A stretch of DNA of 64,000 nt from Albugo candida (taxonomy: Eukaryota): NCBI GenBank assembly GCA_040437565.1, contig JBDOQK010000038.1:1-64000 (forward strand), given 5' to 3'. Shown here piece by piece: positions 38,901 to 51,655 of the stretch. The first letter of the stretch is position 1. Each line of letters opens with the position of its first letter. Made by a program: the position numbers and the translations under genes. The notes under the pieces were generated by a model, which was not told the DNA's origin, ran no database searches, and saw only the letters and a program-made list of their open reading frames with translations.

Positions 38901-40485
38901 AAAATAATGGGAATGGTCGACATTGCAGTTAAGAGATAAATATAGGATTCGGTACATTGACATCTCGGTGCAAATACTAGGGTGGCACGCATTAGTGATC
39001 TTGGATAGATTCTGTCGAGATATGGCAAAGGCATCTTCTATAAAGAATAAGGATTATATTTTCGAAAAAATCACCATCGAACATAATTGGAAGAAAAAAC
39101 GAATACCGAAGTCACTTCAACTTTGAACTGCTCGTTTCACGCTAGCATATTAACGCTAAGAGATTCATTTATTGATCGCAAAGCTTTTTCGGGGATGATA
39201 GACGCATCATCATTATTCACAAGTTCACATTTGCGTCTAATTGCCAGATACCTACATTTCCCATTTAGCACATTCATTGAATCAAAAATCAAAACAAAGA
39301 CGACCGCACCACAGTCCACCTGTTAAGCAGTATACAAAAATGCTCATAAATCGCAAATGCTTAAAAGATCATTCCTTCCGTGATGTACATGCTCTCAATG
39401 CTACAGTTGGAATTTGACCTCATTTATTTCTAGTATAAGCAATTTGTACTTGCGTAAAGCCGTCTGATACTTGAATTTCAAATGGGATGAGTAATATGGC
39501 TATATACCCACATTCAAGTGAATTTATCACGCTAGGATAAAAATTGTACATCAAAGGAAAGGATGAAGAATACGGGTGCCTGGTAAACCATATCTTAATC
39601 AATTTAGGGGCAGATTTGATGCAATTTCGTCATGACATGACAAAACGTCGTGTCGTTTGAGATAAAGAAAATATCACGCACGTTTAGCTTATCATATTGT
39701 GTAACTTCTAGATCCTCTATTGTGATGGTATCATCGTGCGGTAGTGTTCCCGCTTCAAGAAGTCTTTGATAAGAGTTTGTATTCCGTCTCTGTCTTCTAC
39801 AGTTTTACTCTGTGATTTCGTTTTAAACGGATAGTTATGGAATTGACTGATTTCGTGCACCTCTATCGTATATCATAGTCTCAGTTTCAACATTCAATGA
39901 AGCAAAGACACATCGTACTAGGGGCTATAACCTGACTTATTCTCACGCGTTTTATCGTACCAGTGATCCATCATGCATGGTCCTTTAGTACAGTATAAGA
40001 ACAGTCGATATCACAGTACCGTACATTGAAGCAAACGTTTTCAAGTGTATCTAACCTTTTTTAGCAAATCTCTTCTACAGTCCTATTCTGCAATGTTGAG
40101 CAGCTTCTGACTCCGTGTGATTGAATAGAGGTTGTGCGTGAGTATCGACAAGATATGTAAACTTATCTTGAAGCGCTCATATGCTAAAATATGCGCAAAT
40201 TCTCTCATGTGTAATCCTTTTAGGTGCCTAAATAAATTACTGCCTAAGCAGATGCATGGAGAGGTTAAATGAGCTCGTTACATCAACTTTATTGATATGA
40301 CATGCCAACATACCTATTTGGGGTAATGTACCGTAAAAGAACATAGTAATGTTTGAATGAATGTCTTTTCCTTCTACCATTACCAATAAGCATGATGATA
40401 ACATGGTAGAGGAAAACATTAGGCGACCATTTTTGGGTCAGCATACAGCAAGAAAGAGATAATGTTGGAAAGGTAAACGGAGCAT
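35922..40485 (-). pseudogene. Long, heavily decayed CCG-like effector pseudogene (putative)
   Basis: ATG at 40485: MLRLPFQHYLFLAVC*.. (signal-like), then C-Y-(shift)-SCLLVMVEG..FFYGTLPQIGMLACH, similar to CQECLVISAG..GYGDILPSILLHCH. Further coding-like fragments on the same strand down to about 35920. About 1 kb is duplicated across the 36953-37052 gap. Confidence 0.4.
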
Positions 40486-43400
40486 GCAATAAAACGTTGT
40501 AGCAATCAGAAGTCTCGCTAGAATTTGTGCTTTTCTCATAGAAAGACTATTTTGATCACGTAGTGGTTTTTTATTGCTCTATTACAGTTCAAGGTGTTTC
40601 TCTTTATCCATTTCGTGTCACATTTGCGAGGACACTGATTTATTAACAAGCTTGCTTATGAGTGAAAACAGTGCACAATGATCTTGAACTATACGAAAAT
40701 CATGCGTTTAAGAAAAATGGAATCGCGTGCTACCATAAAACTCATCGCACTGTTCTACAGTCTCGTGATGCCCAACAGTAATGCATCTCCTCAGTGCGCA
40801 TATCGTGTTGAAGTTATTTGTGAAAGCTCCATCCATCTATACGGTGCGCAGAGACGAGCAAGAAGAAATATTGAAAGAGCGGAAGTCGAAAAATATATTT
40901 ACCCATGCTTCGAATTCAATAACTCTCTTCCGGTCAAGTTCTTCTTGTTCCTTTCGTTAACAAGACGTTCTAGATATAGGATTTGAAAATAGCTCCGGGA
41001 AGGCTTTATCTTGTCATTTAATTTCAGAATAACTATGTATGCTAATAGGTCCTAAACAGTCGAAGGATATACTAATTAACATTATATAGACAAAAAAAGA
41101 TCCGTCATCAGTTTCAGCAGCAAGGAACCTAGACACTGGAGACAACTATCAAAGATGTACGGACCCAGTGAAAGAGAAAAATCCCTACATTCGCAAAATT
41201 AGCTCCTGTGTCGTTTCCCATTCGTAATACCAAATACTTTCATCTCTAGCGTTCTGATACAGCATCTATGACGCAAGTTCTAGCGTTTTGTTTATTTTCG
41301 AAAGCGCATGACAGTATCATTTCTCTTTTTTTCTTCGTAGAAACGGACCGTTGATCAGATTCGTAATTTCAGGCAGAACTGGTGTGGATCTTCATCTTGT
41401 AAATCTGACGTCTTCCTCTTTTTACTTTACGTTTTTCGTGCCTTTGTTTGCTCTCCGTACAATTTTTTGAAAGCATCCAGTGATGTGCCACACATCATGT
41501 ATTGAGCGAGAGTTTCTTTTCAATCTACCACGGAGGTTGGTGTTCGCAACACCAAACGATTCATATTAGATTGAGAAAATCTAAGCTTTCGTGTCCCTTT
41601 AGTCGAAGTGATCATTTCCTATTCATATCATAGCGATCGCACACCGGATTCTTTTGCTTGTTCTTACATCTCCTTTCTACTTCCCTGTGCTTCTCGAGCT
41701 ACGCGTTATTCAATGGTCGTCATATACCACCATTGATTTTAATTTTCACTTTTGTATGAATTGGACTCAGGCAGCACGATTTGAAAAAAGCTTTTTTTCC
41801 ACGCCAAAGATTTCATTGGGTAGTCAACAAGTATAAGCAGAGTTTGAATCAAATCACAACTCCATCATTTACCAAATCGCTACATACTAGATGAGAAAGT
41901 CTTTGAATCTCCCCGCACGACCTCTCCAACAGTAAGTATATAGACGTTGTATATTTCTATGTACAATACATTGTCATATGATAGGCTTCCACACGGATGT
42001 AGACGATTGTCGGATATATGAGCAGTGCTATTTATGTAAAAAGTGACAGCCTAGGCATAGAAAAATAACACCCATTAGCCTATAATCTCAGCAAGATGAA
42101 TTGTGGTTTTGGGACATCGAAGATCTCTTCCATAAAGACCTTTTTCTATATCCCCAGTCCTGTACCTATCTACTATAACACGGTAAGAACCAAGTCGCCT
42201 ACGATCTGGTTTGAGCTATAAACTCTCCTCAAGCACATGTTTAGTAATTGCTAAAACGTTTGTGAAGTGGCAACGTAGATAAGTGAGGTATAAGAACATT
42301 TCTTCAACTTTTATCTTCGGAGTCATGATAATTCTGGAGGAATGAAAGCATCCTAGTCCAATTCTACTTGCTCCCTTCATCATCTGTATCGTATACATGT
42401 ATCTTTTTGCTTGCGTGATACTACGACTTACAATAAATTTTAGTCGTCTCATTCTGTATCGATCTTGTCGTGTTCTCTTTTTTTTTTACCATTGTTACGA
42501 TTTTTGGTGATACTACGAGGACTGTTTTTGAATGCCCTTGGTTCCTTTCTTAAAGTCATCATCCCTTCTTGATTGACAGAAAGGAAGCCTAATTATATCC
42601 ACACCGCATTTATAAAAGGAGATGCGGCGATACAACGCGCATGTAAAAGCGATTCTGTTTCCATCATGTAACATTCCAATTCATCCTCATAGCCCAAATT
42701 TCGTGTTATAAAGGACTATGTGAAGGAGCTTCTCATTCGTAGTGAGTGATCTACAAACAATCAGCGTCTACTCTATTGTCTTCTACTTGATAATATTGAT
42801 GTATTGCTTCAATTGTTGGTGTTAAGCTTCATTTAGCAAAACATCCGTTTCGTTGAGAACAGACCTAGCAGATTCAATTAAGGGTCGAAGGAATGGATAT
42901 TTAAAGCCACCAGGTGTTACCTCCAAGAAGAACAAGCAAAATTGATCAGCGGATCATTGATTAAAGCACTCACTAAATAATTACTGATACTCCTTATGCA
43001 TTGTAGTCTTTCAAACCTTTCATCCCCGCATCAATCAGCAATTTTTTAGTCAGAGAATAATCTAGATGATGGATGCGTACCGTATAACGTCAAAATGGGC
43101 TGTCCTCACGTTGAAGTCACTAGCGAAAAGTCAGCACGTTTATACTCTGCATACATCAGTCTAATCTCCAAGCTTAGCCGCATGAAATTGAAGCTTTTTA
43201 CTGCCCTCCTTCTTATAGCATTGCATCAGGGTTTGGTACGGCGCTCGCTCGACTATACACTACGTCACATCATCACCGGATTTGCTCGGTCAATTTTGTG
43301 TATGCATTTAAAGTGTCGAAATCAAAACGGTGGGAATTCTTGACTCTTCCTCCATGAATAGAAAATATTTTTGACGCTGGAATAATTTTGATTTGGTTGC

Positions 43401-46400
43401 CCACTTTTTGCGGGGTTTGAACGCTTGCATCGATTGAGAAGGTAAATGGAAGATTCTGCAAGTTCCCATGACCTGGATACTTTCTTGTCTGATAGTAGGA
43501 AGTTTTCTTCGCTGGAAGGGTACTGATCTGGCAACGCTCTATCCTTCATTTCTGAATGTGTGACAGCACATGAAGTACGTTTTCACGAATAAGGAAGCAT
43601 TCAATGCTGTTGTCACACCTCATGCTTTGATGGCAGTGAGGAAGCGAGAGGCAGGACCTATACAATTCTATTGAGATTTTATTAAGTCAAATGGCTACCA
43701 AACTACTTACTACTACAATTCAATATAAAGAAGAGGTTACGTTTTTTGCAATCAACAGAATCTGAAAGCGGTACACCGGAGAGATCTCAGCCAGCTTTTC
43801 GATAGTAACGCGCTTTCATCAGAGGAAAAATTGTGACGCGAGACTTGGAACTTTCTTTGCTGAGTATTCGTTACCATGATTGAAGGAAGTCCTAAAGTTC
43901 CGTTTTTCCAGCCAAAACCTTCTTAGTCTGAGTTTCACCATCGCCACAATCGCTCTTTAAATAATCGTGAGAGCGATCTTGTATGAATACTAGGGAGAAA
44001 TAACGTCAAATCTATTGGAGTTGCTGATTTAAGATAGGTACGATGCTTCAATGCTATCAGCCGGGAAATAGTCTTTTTATTTGAAATCGATTTATGCTAG
44101 TGATAGAGGTATGTTTGGAAATAATGAAAGACACAAGCTCGAGAATGCTGCACTAGATTTACACAACGAGCACGTTTCTTCGAGTACTTCAGCATTTTTG
44201 ATTCCAGCTGTCGAGAACAATTTCCATGGAGAGTATACTAAGAAAGGACGAATGCCAGAAGAATTCACAGTGTCGTTACTGCGAATCTTTCAGCTTCATA
44301 CGTTTTAGAAACATACTTAAAAGTACCGCAGTCACAATATGTACTGAACAAGCGTCATGGTTGGGAAGGGTTGCAGGGTCTTATGTTTGGTATTTCGTAA
44401 GCCATAATATCACCAGCAAAACAAAACTATAAGGTTTTTCGTAGCCTCCGAGTTTGCATGAATCATAGTTGTTGCAATAAGGTAATCTGTGCAAGCTCAG
44501 ATACTCATGTATAAGATAAAGCAGAATAATACAGAAGTACGAAATGTTGATTCAGCTTGACTAGAGATTAGGGTGTCAGAACAAGACCGCGAGGAGCATA
44601 TTTCTATACAGTCACATTGAAAGTAAACCAGATTTACATCAGATTAGAAAATTTATGATATCAACAATCGGTTACATATAATAAAGCCATGTTTGCAAAT
44701 CGATAATCAATATGAATGAGGAGTGGTCACCTGTTAGTTCACCTTAGGATATTAAAATGTAGAACTAATAGCCTAAGTTTGCCTCCACGATAAGATTTGG
44801 TACACTTATAAGAAGTATTGACGATTTAAATTGAGTTATACCGGATGCATTGCCAACACTACTGTAATAAAAGACCTGTTGAGGATTCAGGCTGCAATAA
44901 TAATGCGTAGATATAAAAAAAATGATCCTTGTTTGGTTTTGAAACGTTGCTTCGCCCAACCGTGTGATGCGAGCGCTATAAAGTCCTAAAGGATCGTGAG
45001 TTTGTGCCGCTGTGTCACAATCTCAAGCCCTAATAATTCTACAATGTCTTCTTCTGGTACGATGGATGAAAGACATTGTAAAATCCAAATTCTCTGGTTG
45101 ACATGAAGACGTGCTACTTTAGTCAACGTTACGTTACTCCATACTTGTTATGACCAAAATTTTTTTTGAATTAGAGAAGTAAGTGTCGTCATCAGATTTT
45201 CTATCCTCGGATCTTTGAATGAGCAAGCGACTGCTTAGTTATAGAGAGCTTTTTATCTGAATTATATATTATTCATCTGCTAAAATTTGTATCTCAATTT
45301 GATTCGATACACACAGAAAGTCAATTGTTACATACTTGCGCGTCGTGCGGATGAGACTAAAGACTTCTAAAAAGGCCAATCCTCTCAATTATCATCAACA
45401 GACGAAAGAGAAACAACTTTTTTCAACGTCGGAAATCCGTTATATTATTCGATAGATTAGTCGTTCAACGCTTTTATACCGTGAACGTGCTCACTTATAA
45501 GCGCAGGTAAAATAGAGCCAAAGATTTTAATAACAAATGGATAGCTTGGACGTGATCTCTTGATCTGTTCTTGCCTTCTATTGCAGAACTGTGTGGGGCT
45601 ATCTTATATATTCTACGGATGGATCTTTTCTTACAGTTACGCTGGCTGCAGGCGATTGCCACTACATTGAAACCGATAGGACATAAACTTCGTCGGGTAT
45701 TGTGAGAAATACAAGTCGATTATGAAACTTTCTTGCAGAGACTATAAGTCTTCAGTTCTTACTGATAGAATACAACTTTGCGTTTGCATGGAAAGTATTG
45801 ATAAAATTTGATACTTTAAAGCACTTTAAAGCGGTTTAAAGCTCTGTACATAACGATTCAAGCGTGCGTTAAGGAAATTCGGACAATGGCGTACGTAGAA
45901 AGCTCAGAATAAAATACACCTCAATGAGATATTCAGGTCTAATTACACTTGTCAGAGGTTGTAGAAAAGGTTAGGAGTGCTGTATCGAGCTTCTCAAACT
46001 GGATATATGCTTCCGTTATCTGATCGAACGTGTAGTGCAAATTCATTTAGCACATCGACCACAATCGAATTTGTTTGCGGAACAAGAACGTCAAGCTTCA
46101 CTTCGGATCGTTCAGAACAAGAACACTTCACTAGGCATGATACGATTCATAAGATTCGATTGTTCTTTCGTAATTCTGTTGGATGCACTGCTGACTATCA
46201 CAGAAGCCATTCGGTCTGCATACATCATCTGCGCAGTTGATGGCGTGTGTGCAAACAACTTACCGTGACCTATTTCTATATTTTCAAAATCTGTATGCAA
46301 CTGGAAAGATAAGCAATTAAGAAGACCGGCTTCTGGGTTTGGATTAACAGCATAAAGATTAGCACTGAGATAATTCGTTTAAATGATATTACTGCAAACC

Positions 46401-46764
46401 AGCAAGTTCTTTGTTGCTATTGGATTTATATAGTCGGATTTTTGAAGATGAGCGACATTTATATTCCCATTTGTGCACCTTGGCCGACGTACCGCACATC
46501 GGCGCACTGATGAGAATAAATCATAAGGATCACCTCAGCATTGCGCTTTTTATTGTGGGTCTTGGGAAACAATTGAAGATTGATCAGTTGGAATATTGCA
46601 TGGTTGGTGATGAAAGAGATGGTTTGAGCATGACAGTTGTCGCTCGCAATTGTATGAATAGTGTTAACAATAATGCGAGTATCTTTTTGGCTTAAAACAT
46701 GCTCTTTCAAATGCTGTTGACATTTAGCTCAATCAAATTCTTCTATTCAAACACTATATATAAA

Positions 46765-48721
46765 GGGAATTGCTATTTCCACCCAGTTTTTTGCTATTTC
46801 CACCCACCAATGAGCTTTTTTGACCAATCAGATTACGGCGTTATTACTTACCAATTTTTACTATTTCCACCCACCTTTTTATTATATGATTGGGCAAGAT
46901 TACAATATGCAAATTCAGTATAGCATTGATGTAATGCAATCCTCACATCGAACAAGTTGTGTGGCATGTGCAGATCATACTGATCCTTATTATGATATTT
47001 CCAAATCTCAAACGTCCAAACTTACGACATGTGGCGCATAGACTATGTGCAATTCTTGTGAGGATGGAAATTGTTGAATTGAACAAGTATGAGATCTGAT
47101 TGGAGTTCCGCAATCAACACAGCATCACGTTTTTGTGTAAAGCTACTCCGATGGAAGCTTTTGGAGTGGTGTGTTAGTCGAAGATCTAGTTTGGGTAGCT
47201 TCTCCAAAAAGCGTTAATACGGGATCGTTGAGCGGTGTCATCGAGAAGTTTGGCTTTCCAATGAGATTTACATGTGAAACTTCTGAGAGTAGAATTTTTT
47301 CTCAGCAAATGGAGAATGGTGTTTTGGGTCTTGATCGAAGCAACCGCACTATCCTCAATTTCATGGTAGAAGCCAGACGGATCCAACACAGGAGTTTTTT
47401 TCTTACTGCTTGAATGAAACGGGTTGCACATTTGTGCTTGGGAGATTTGACTCGGTGCATCACACTTCTGGCGTAATGTATACCAGAAGCGTGGTTAGTA
47501 AAAATGACGCGTTTCACGGAGTCAATTTGAAGGACATTCGTATCAACAACCGGTCAATTGGAGTTGACGAAAAGCAATACAACAGGTATTTTCACTAAGC
47601 TACCAATCAATCTAATCTGACGAAAAAGTGCGGGTAGCGGTCGTGGAATGGTGATCGCTAGTAGCTCAGTCGAAAGTTTTTTCCCCATCTATGCCAGGGG
47701 AGGCATTTCAAAAAGTATTCAAAAGCATCACAGGCTTTAACTATGAGCAAGAAGGCGACATGATTTTCGACAAGAATACAAAAGATGCCTTGCCTACCAT
47801 CACATAAGTATTTTCTGGAGTAAATGAAGAAAGTGATTTGCAATTGACCATTCCAGCAAGTAGCTACTTGATTCCAACCGGAAAAGATACTTATTCCGCT
47901 GGAATCCAGTTTACCGAGCGCACAGGGGGAGGTTGGCTGTACGTCAGATTTCTTGTCAATTATTTGATTGTGACATCGATTGTAGTCTTTGGAAGTCGCA
48001 TATTCGCAGACTACAATGTTATTTTTGACCTCGATCAAGATGTCATTGGCTTTGCTCATGCAAGCTGCGGTACTTTCACATACAGCGTTCTCATTCCTGA
48101 TCCTAATGCATCGATGCAATATAGCAAAGTATGACACAGCCTCACCTAATAAACGCAAAGTCACCACAAAACATCGGCAATCTACAATGAAAACGCTAGC
48201 AATGCTTGGAAAGGAAGGGCAAACGAAAGCAACCAGCTCAAGTTTTCAGATTGTAATTCACTCGTTGCTTTGCATTGGAATCGGGACTTTTGCATGGAAA
48301 CGAGTATCTAAAACTTCATGGCTCCCACTAAGCGACACAGAGGTCACAGAAAGTGATCGACACGCGCTTGATACGAAACAAGGTGCTCATCGGGAAAATG
48401 GTCGAGCTGTAGCCTCTCCGGGCGGTACCCTACACGAGGAATCAACCTCCTTGAATTCATCTAGAGATCAAGCGACAACACAGCAATCACTCACACCTCG
48501 CTTTGTGATTGGCGAAGTTGAAGACGATGAAGACTGACCACTGACAGATGAACAAACGCATGAGGTGCACGCCGGAAGGAGATATAGAGTATGTTTGCAT
48601 ATACTAATTTTGCCCAATCATATAATAAAAGGTGGGTGGAAATAGTAAAAATTGGTGTGGTAATAACGCCATAATCTGATTGGACAAAAAATCACATTGG
48701 TGGGTGGAAATAGCAATTCCC
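46765..48721. mobile_element. Pack-MULE-like non-autonomous element with a captured aspartic protease gene fragment
   Basis: Left TIR 46765-46913 (gggaattgctatttccaccca..gattgggcaagattacaatatgcaaa) and right TIR 48594-48721 (tttgcatatactaattttgcccaatc..tgggtggaaatagcaattccc) are clear inverted copies. Flanks tatataaa(g) and tattaaag are an imperfect TSD candidate. The interior is host-gene sequence with no transposase. Confidence 0.85.
46957..48537 (+). pseudogene. A1-family aspartic protease (plasmepsin V/nepenthesin-like, C-terminal TM helix), 5'-truncated pseudogene with four introns
   Basis: CVACADHTDPYYDISKSQTS, YSDGSFWSGVLVEDLVWV, FTCETSESRIFSQQMENGVLGL, FVLG, LPTIT, FGSRIFADYNVIFDLDQDVIGFAHASC, then TM IVIHSLLCIGIGTFAW. 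GT..AG introns at about 47087-47142, 47586-47637, 47932-47985 and 48070-48124. Stops at 47039, 47075 and about 47805; frameshifts near 47400 and 47685. Confidence 0.9.
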
Positions 48722-48731
48722 TATTAAAGAT

Positions 48732-49187
48732 GAAAACCGTAAAAATCCCCTCAGTCCATTTAGTAAAATCCCCTCAGTTTGATCTGTGATTGGCTACTTT
48801 CCGAGACTGAGAATTCAACCATATCGACTGCAAAAGAGTCTATCATTCTCACCCGGAAACCATCTTTAAAGACCAAACATATAGAACATAAGATTCTTGT
48901 GTCATGAATGACCCGTACACACTAAAATATTAGGACTCAGTTTACAGCATAGAAAGATTTTGTCTTATTAACAAACCATGAACTGCGAAATAGTCTAACA
49001 ATATTCAGCTACACGTACAAACGCGAACGCTAACTGAACTGAGTGATTCCAAAATTGAGCGCGAAATAGTTCACGTCGAAAAGTAGCGGACAGTGCTATC
49101 ATATTGTCCCTTACCTAAGCGTACGTTAGCACTATGCAAGCATAAAATTAGCCAATCATATTAAACTGAAGGGATTTGAACGGTTCC
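48732..49187. mobile_element. MULE-type MITE-like element (about 456 bp) beside the Pack-MULE
   Basis: Left gaaaaccgtaaaaatcccctcagt..aaaatcccctcagtttgatctgtgattggcta versus the reverse complement of the right end, ggaaccgttcaaatcccttcagtttaatatgattggcta. TSD not convincing. Confidence 0.65.
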
Positions 49188-49384
49188 TTAAAAAAGTAGT
49201 AATCCGAATACGTTGGTGCAATCCATATTGATTGCTAGCAGTCTCGTGCAGCTCACAAGAGTAATAAATGATTTATTGTGCCTTCGTCTCGGATAAGCAA
49301 GCTGAAAATGCTCGTATTTTTTTTCCGAAATAGGCTGATCCCTAATGAAGGATCAGCTTTTGGATCAGTGGACCCGACGTGTTC

Positions 49385-50060
49385 TTAAAATTTCTCGTGT
49401 GAAGTCTTTACGAAACATATTTTTTTTGATTTTGTCAGTGCTTTGCCAAAAATACCATTTTCTTGACGCGAATTAACACCAATGCACTTTCCGGGCATGC
49501 TTACCAAGGTGAGTGACTGGCAACCATGAGGTGATCTGCCTTGGATGAACGTAAATTCGTGTTCAGTATCTTGTCTGCGTTGAACAAGTATTGCAGGTAC
49601 CACAATCCTTGGTTCGTCAAAATTGAAAAAAAGCTACCATAAAACTGTAATGGAGTCGCGTCTACGGTCGTGTTGCTATTTTTATGCTTAATTCGATATC
49701 TAGCAATATCAAACATGATACTCCTACCGTGCTTACGCTTGTTAGCCCCTTATACTCGGTTGGGTACGCGGGTTCGGGATCTGTCGACATGACTATTTCA
49801 TCGCCATTAAAATAGTACTGAAACGTTTCAAAATTCGCGCCTGATCCTTCTGGGGTAAGATCGTATTCATTCAGAACGTTTGGTTTGCATTCATAATATG
49901 ACTCTGCAAATCGATTGAGTAGGAACCGGACCCTCACTGCGTCGACCATCCCCGTTCTCACGCATTTTGTTTCTTCCTTGAAGGAACAATTATTACCTTG
50001 AAACCTTACAATCAGAATCTGCCAAATAACCACATGGAATCCATGTAGAACACACTTCAT
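49385..50060 (-). pseudogene. Putative secreted protein pseudogene, two frameshifts
   Basis: MKCVLHGFHVVIWQILIVRFQG (signal-like) in ORF 49662-50060 continues through overlapping ORFs 49501-49716 and 49385-49603. Confidence 0.45.
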
Positions 50061-50742
50061 ATTGGCGACGATGGAACCTGGTAAGTAGAAAAGGAATTGT
50101 AAAATGAGAAGAATGAATATTTAAACGATTGACGTTATTTAGAGACAATGATGCTTCTATGTGTACTTTCCTATATGTCCGACTTTATTGTCGCATTCAT
50201 TTCGCATGATAAAGAAAAAACGCAACAAAGTCAAAAGTTGGGCGTTTTCGTGATCAAAGACTTGTATTTGGTACTTTCTATCGTGAGTACCGTCACGTCG
50301 TCCAAGAAATCCTGCGCGACATAAAATGGAACAAGTACGCTCGCGAATCGCTTATGCGACACACTAGACTTGATTCAATAACGATCGTGCAGCACGAGAC
50401 GGCTGTACAAGAGGACAATGTTGTTGCATCGTCTATTTCCTAAGCAGACATATTTTGAGATCAGATTACACGCTGTGGATGTCCGATATACTTGATCTCC
50501 CAAGTAACTGAAATCTTGTTGCACATAAATGACAGAAGAGCAAGCGATATGGCGAGTCTTCTCATATGTATATATTTGCTGTCATGATTCGATTTCAGAA
50601 CTGATTTTACAGTATCTTTTACGATTACAGAAAGATTACCTTNNNNNNNNNNNNNNNNNNNNNNNNNNNNNNNNNNNNNNNNNNNNNNNNNNNNNNNNNN
50701 NNNNNNNNNNNNNNNNNNNNNNNNNNNNNNNNNNNNNNNNNN

Positions 50743-51655
50743 GAATCTATATCAAATCTCCAGGCATTTTAATATATCGCAACTTGTTGCTGAATGTGCT
50801 CGATGTATCCTCTCTCGTAATTTACGACTCCATTTTCTGGAGCTATGCTGGTACTTTCATTTTCATACTCATTCAAACTTGATTTGATCCTTTTTTCTTC
50901 TTTATGTGATTTACCCGTTGTTTTAATGGAGCCTTCAAAGAAATACAAAAAAACTTCCAACGGAACTTAACTAAATTACAGCTATGTCGATAGAGCAAGA
51001 AGGAAGAATACAACATGATAAGGCGATTGAGAACACTTTTCTTCGGTGGAAAGGCAAAGCTTTGATATGCCAAACTTTCACGATCTCACATACGAATCTG
51101 CATATGAAAGAAAAGATCACAGCCTTGTAAAATTCCGATTACTCTCTCAACTCATTCAAATTGTCAGATTCAGTCCACGCTTGCATGACAATACCTCCTT
51201 CATTTTGGCGCATTGAAAGTATGCTATCACTTTGCTTGTACTAGGTAAATCGATATAAACGTTCTAGCAATAATTAATAGCATCATAATTATACACGAAA
51301 CATGGCGGGAGACCAACAAGTTGGCTGGATGTACCCCGACTAGGTATCTTCCAAGTTTGATGGATACACAAACTTGACGAATCATGCCGCGGATTGCAGC
51401 GGAATGTTGATAGTCAAGCACCTACTTATCTAATTAGATCATCAGGTCTGGTTCTCGTATCTTTTTGAGTGAGATAAATAGTGAATGTGCACGATTGATA
51501 ATTTCACTATAACACTATTAGCCAGTTTGCATCAGTCAACGAAATTGAGCTTGTTATGGTCAGCAGCCCTTGTTTTCTTTCCGCCCTTTTTCTAAATTGT
51601 TTTGTTCATTCCTGACGATAGCCACTTTGCAAATGTTTCAATATCGAGAAAATGG
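50743..51655 (-). repeat. Copy B of the inverted dispersed duplication (copy A at 25595-26625)
   Basis: The ORF track gives the identical peptide MEVFLYFFEGSIKTTG.. at 26408+ and 50960-; both copies stop at an N gap at the same nucleotide. Confidence 0.9.

Noticed and set aside
45040-45079. 12-bp perfect inverted repeat tacaatgtcttc/gaagacattgta
   Set aside because: Isolated, with no TSD, second copy or associated feature; cannot be assigned a function.
49334-49361. Hairpin plus T-run resembling a Rho-independent terminator
   Set aside because: Eukaryotic context and only an 8-bp stem; expected by chance.
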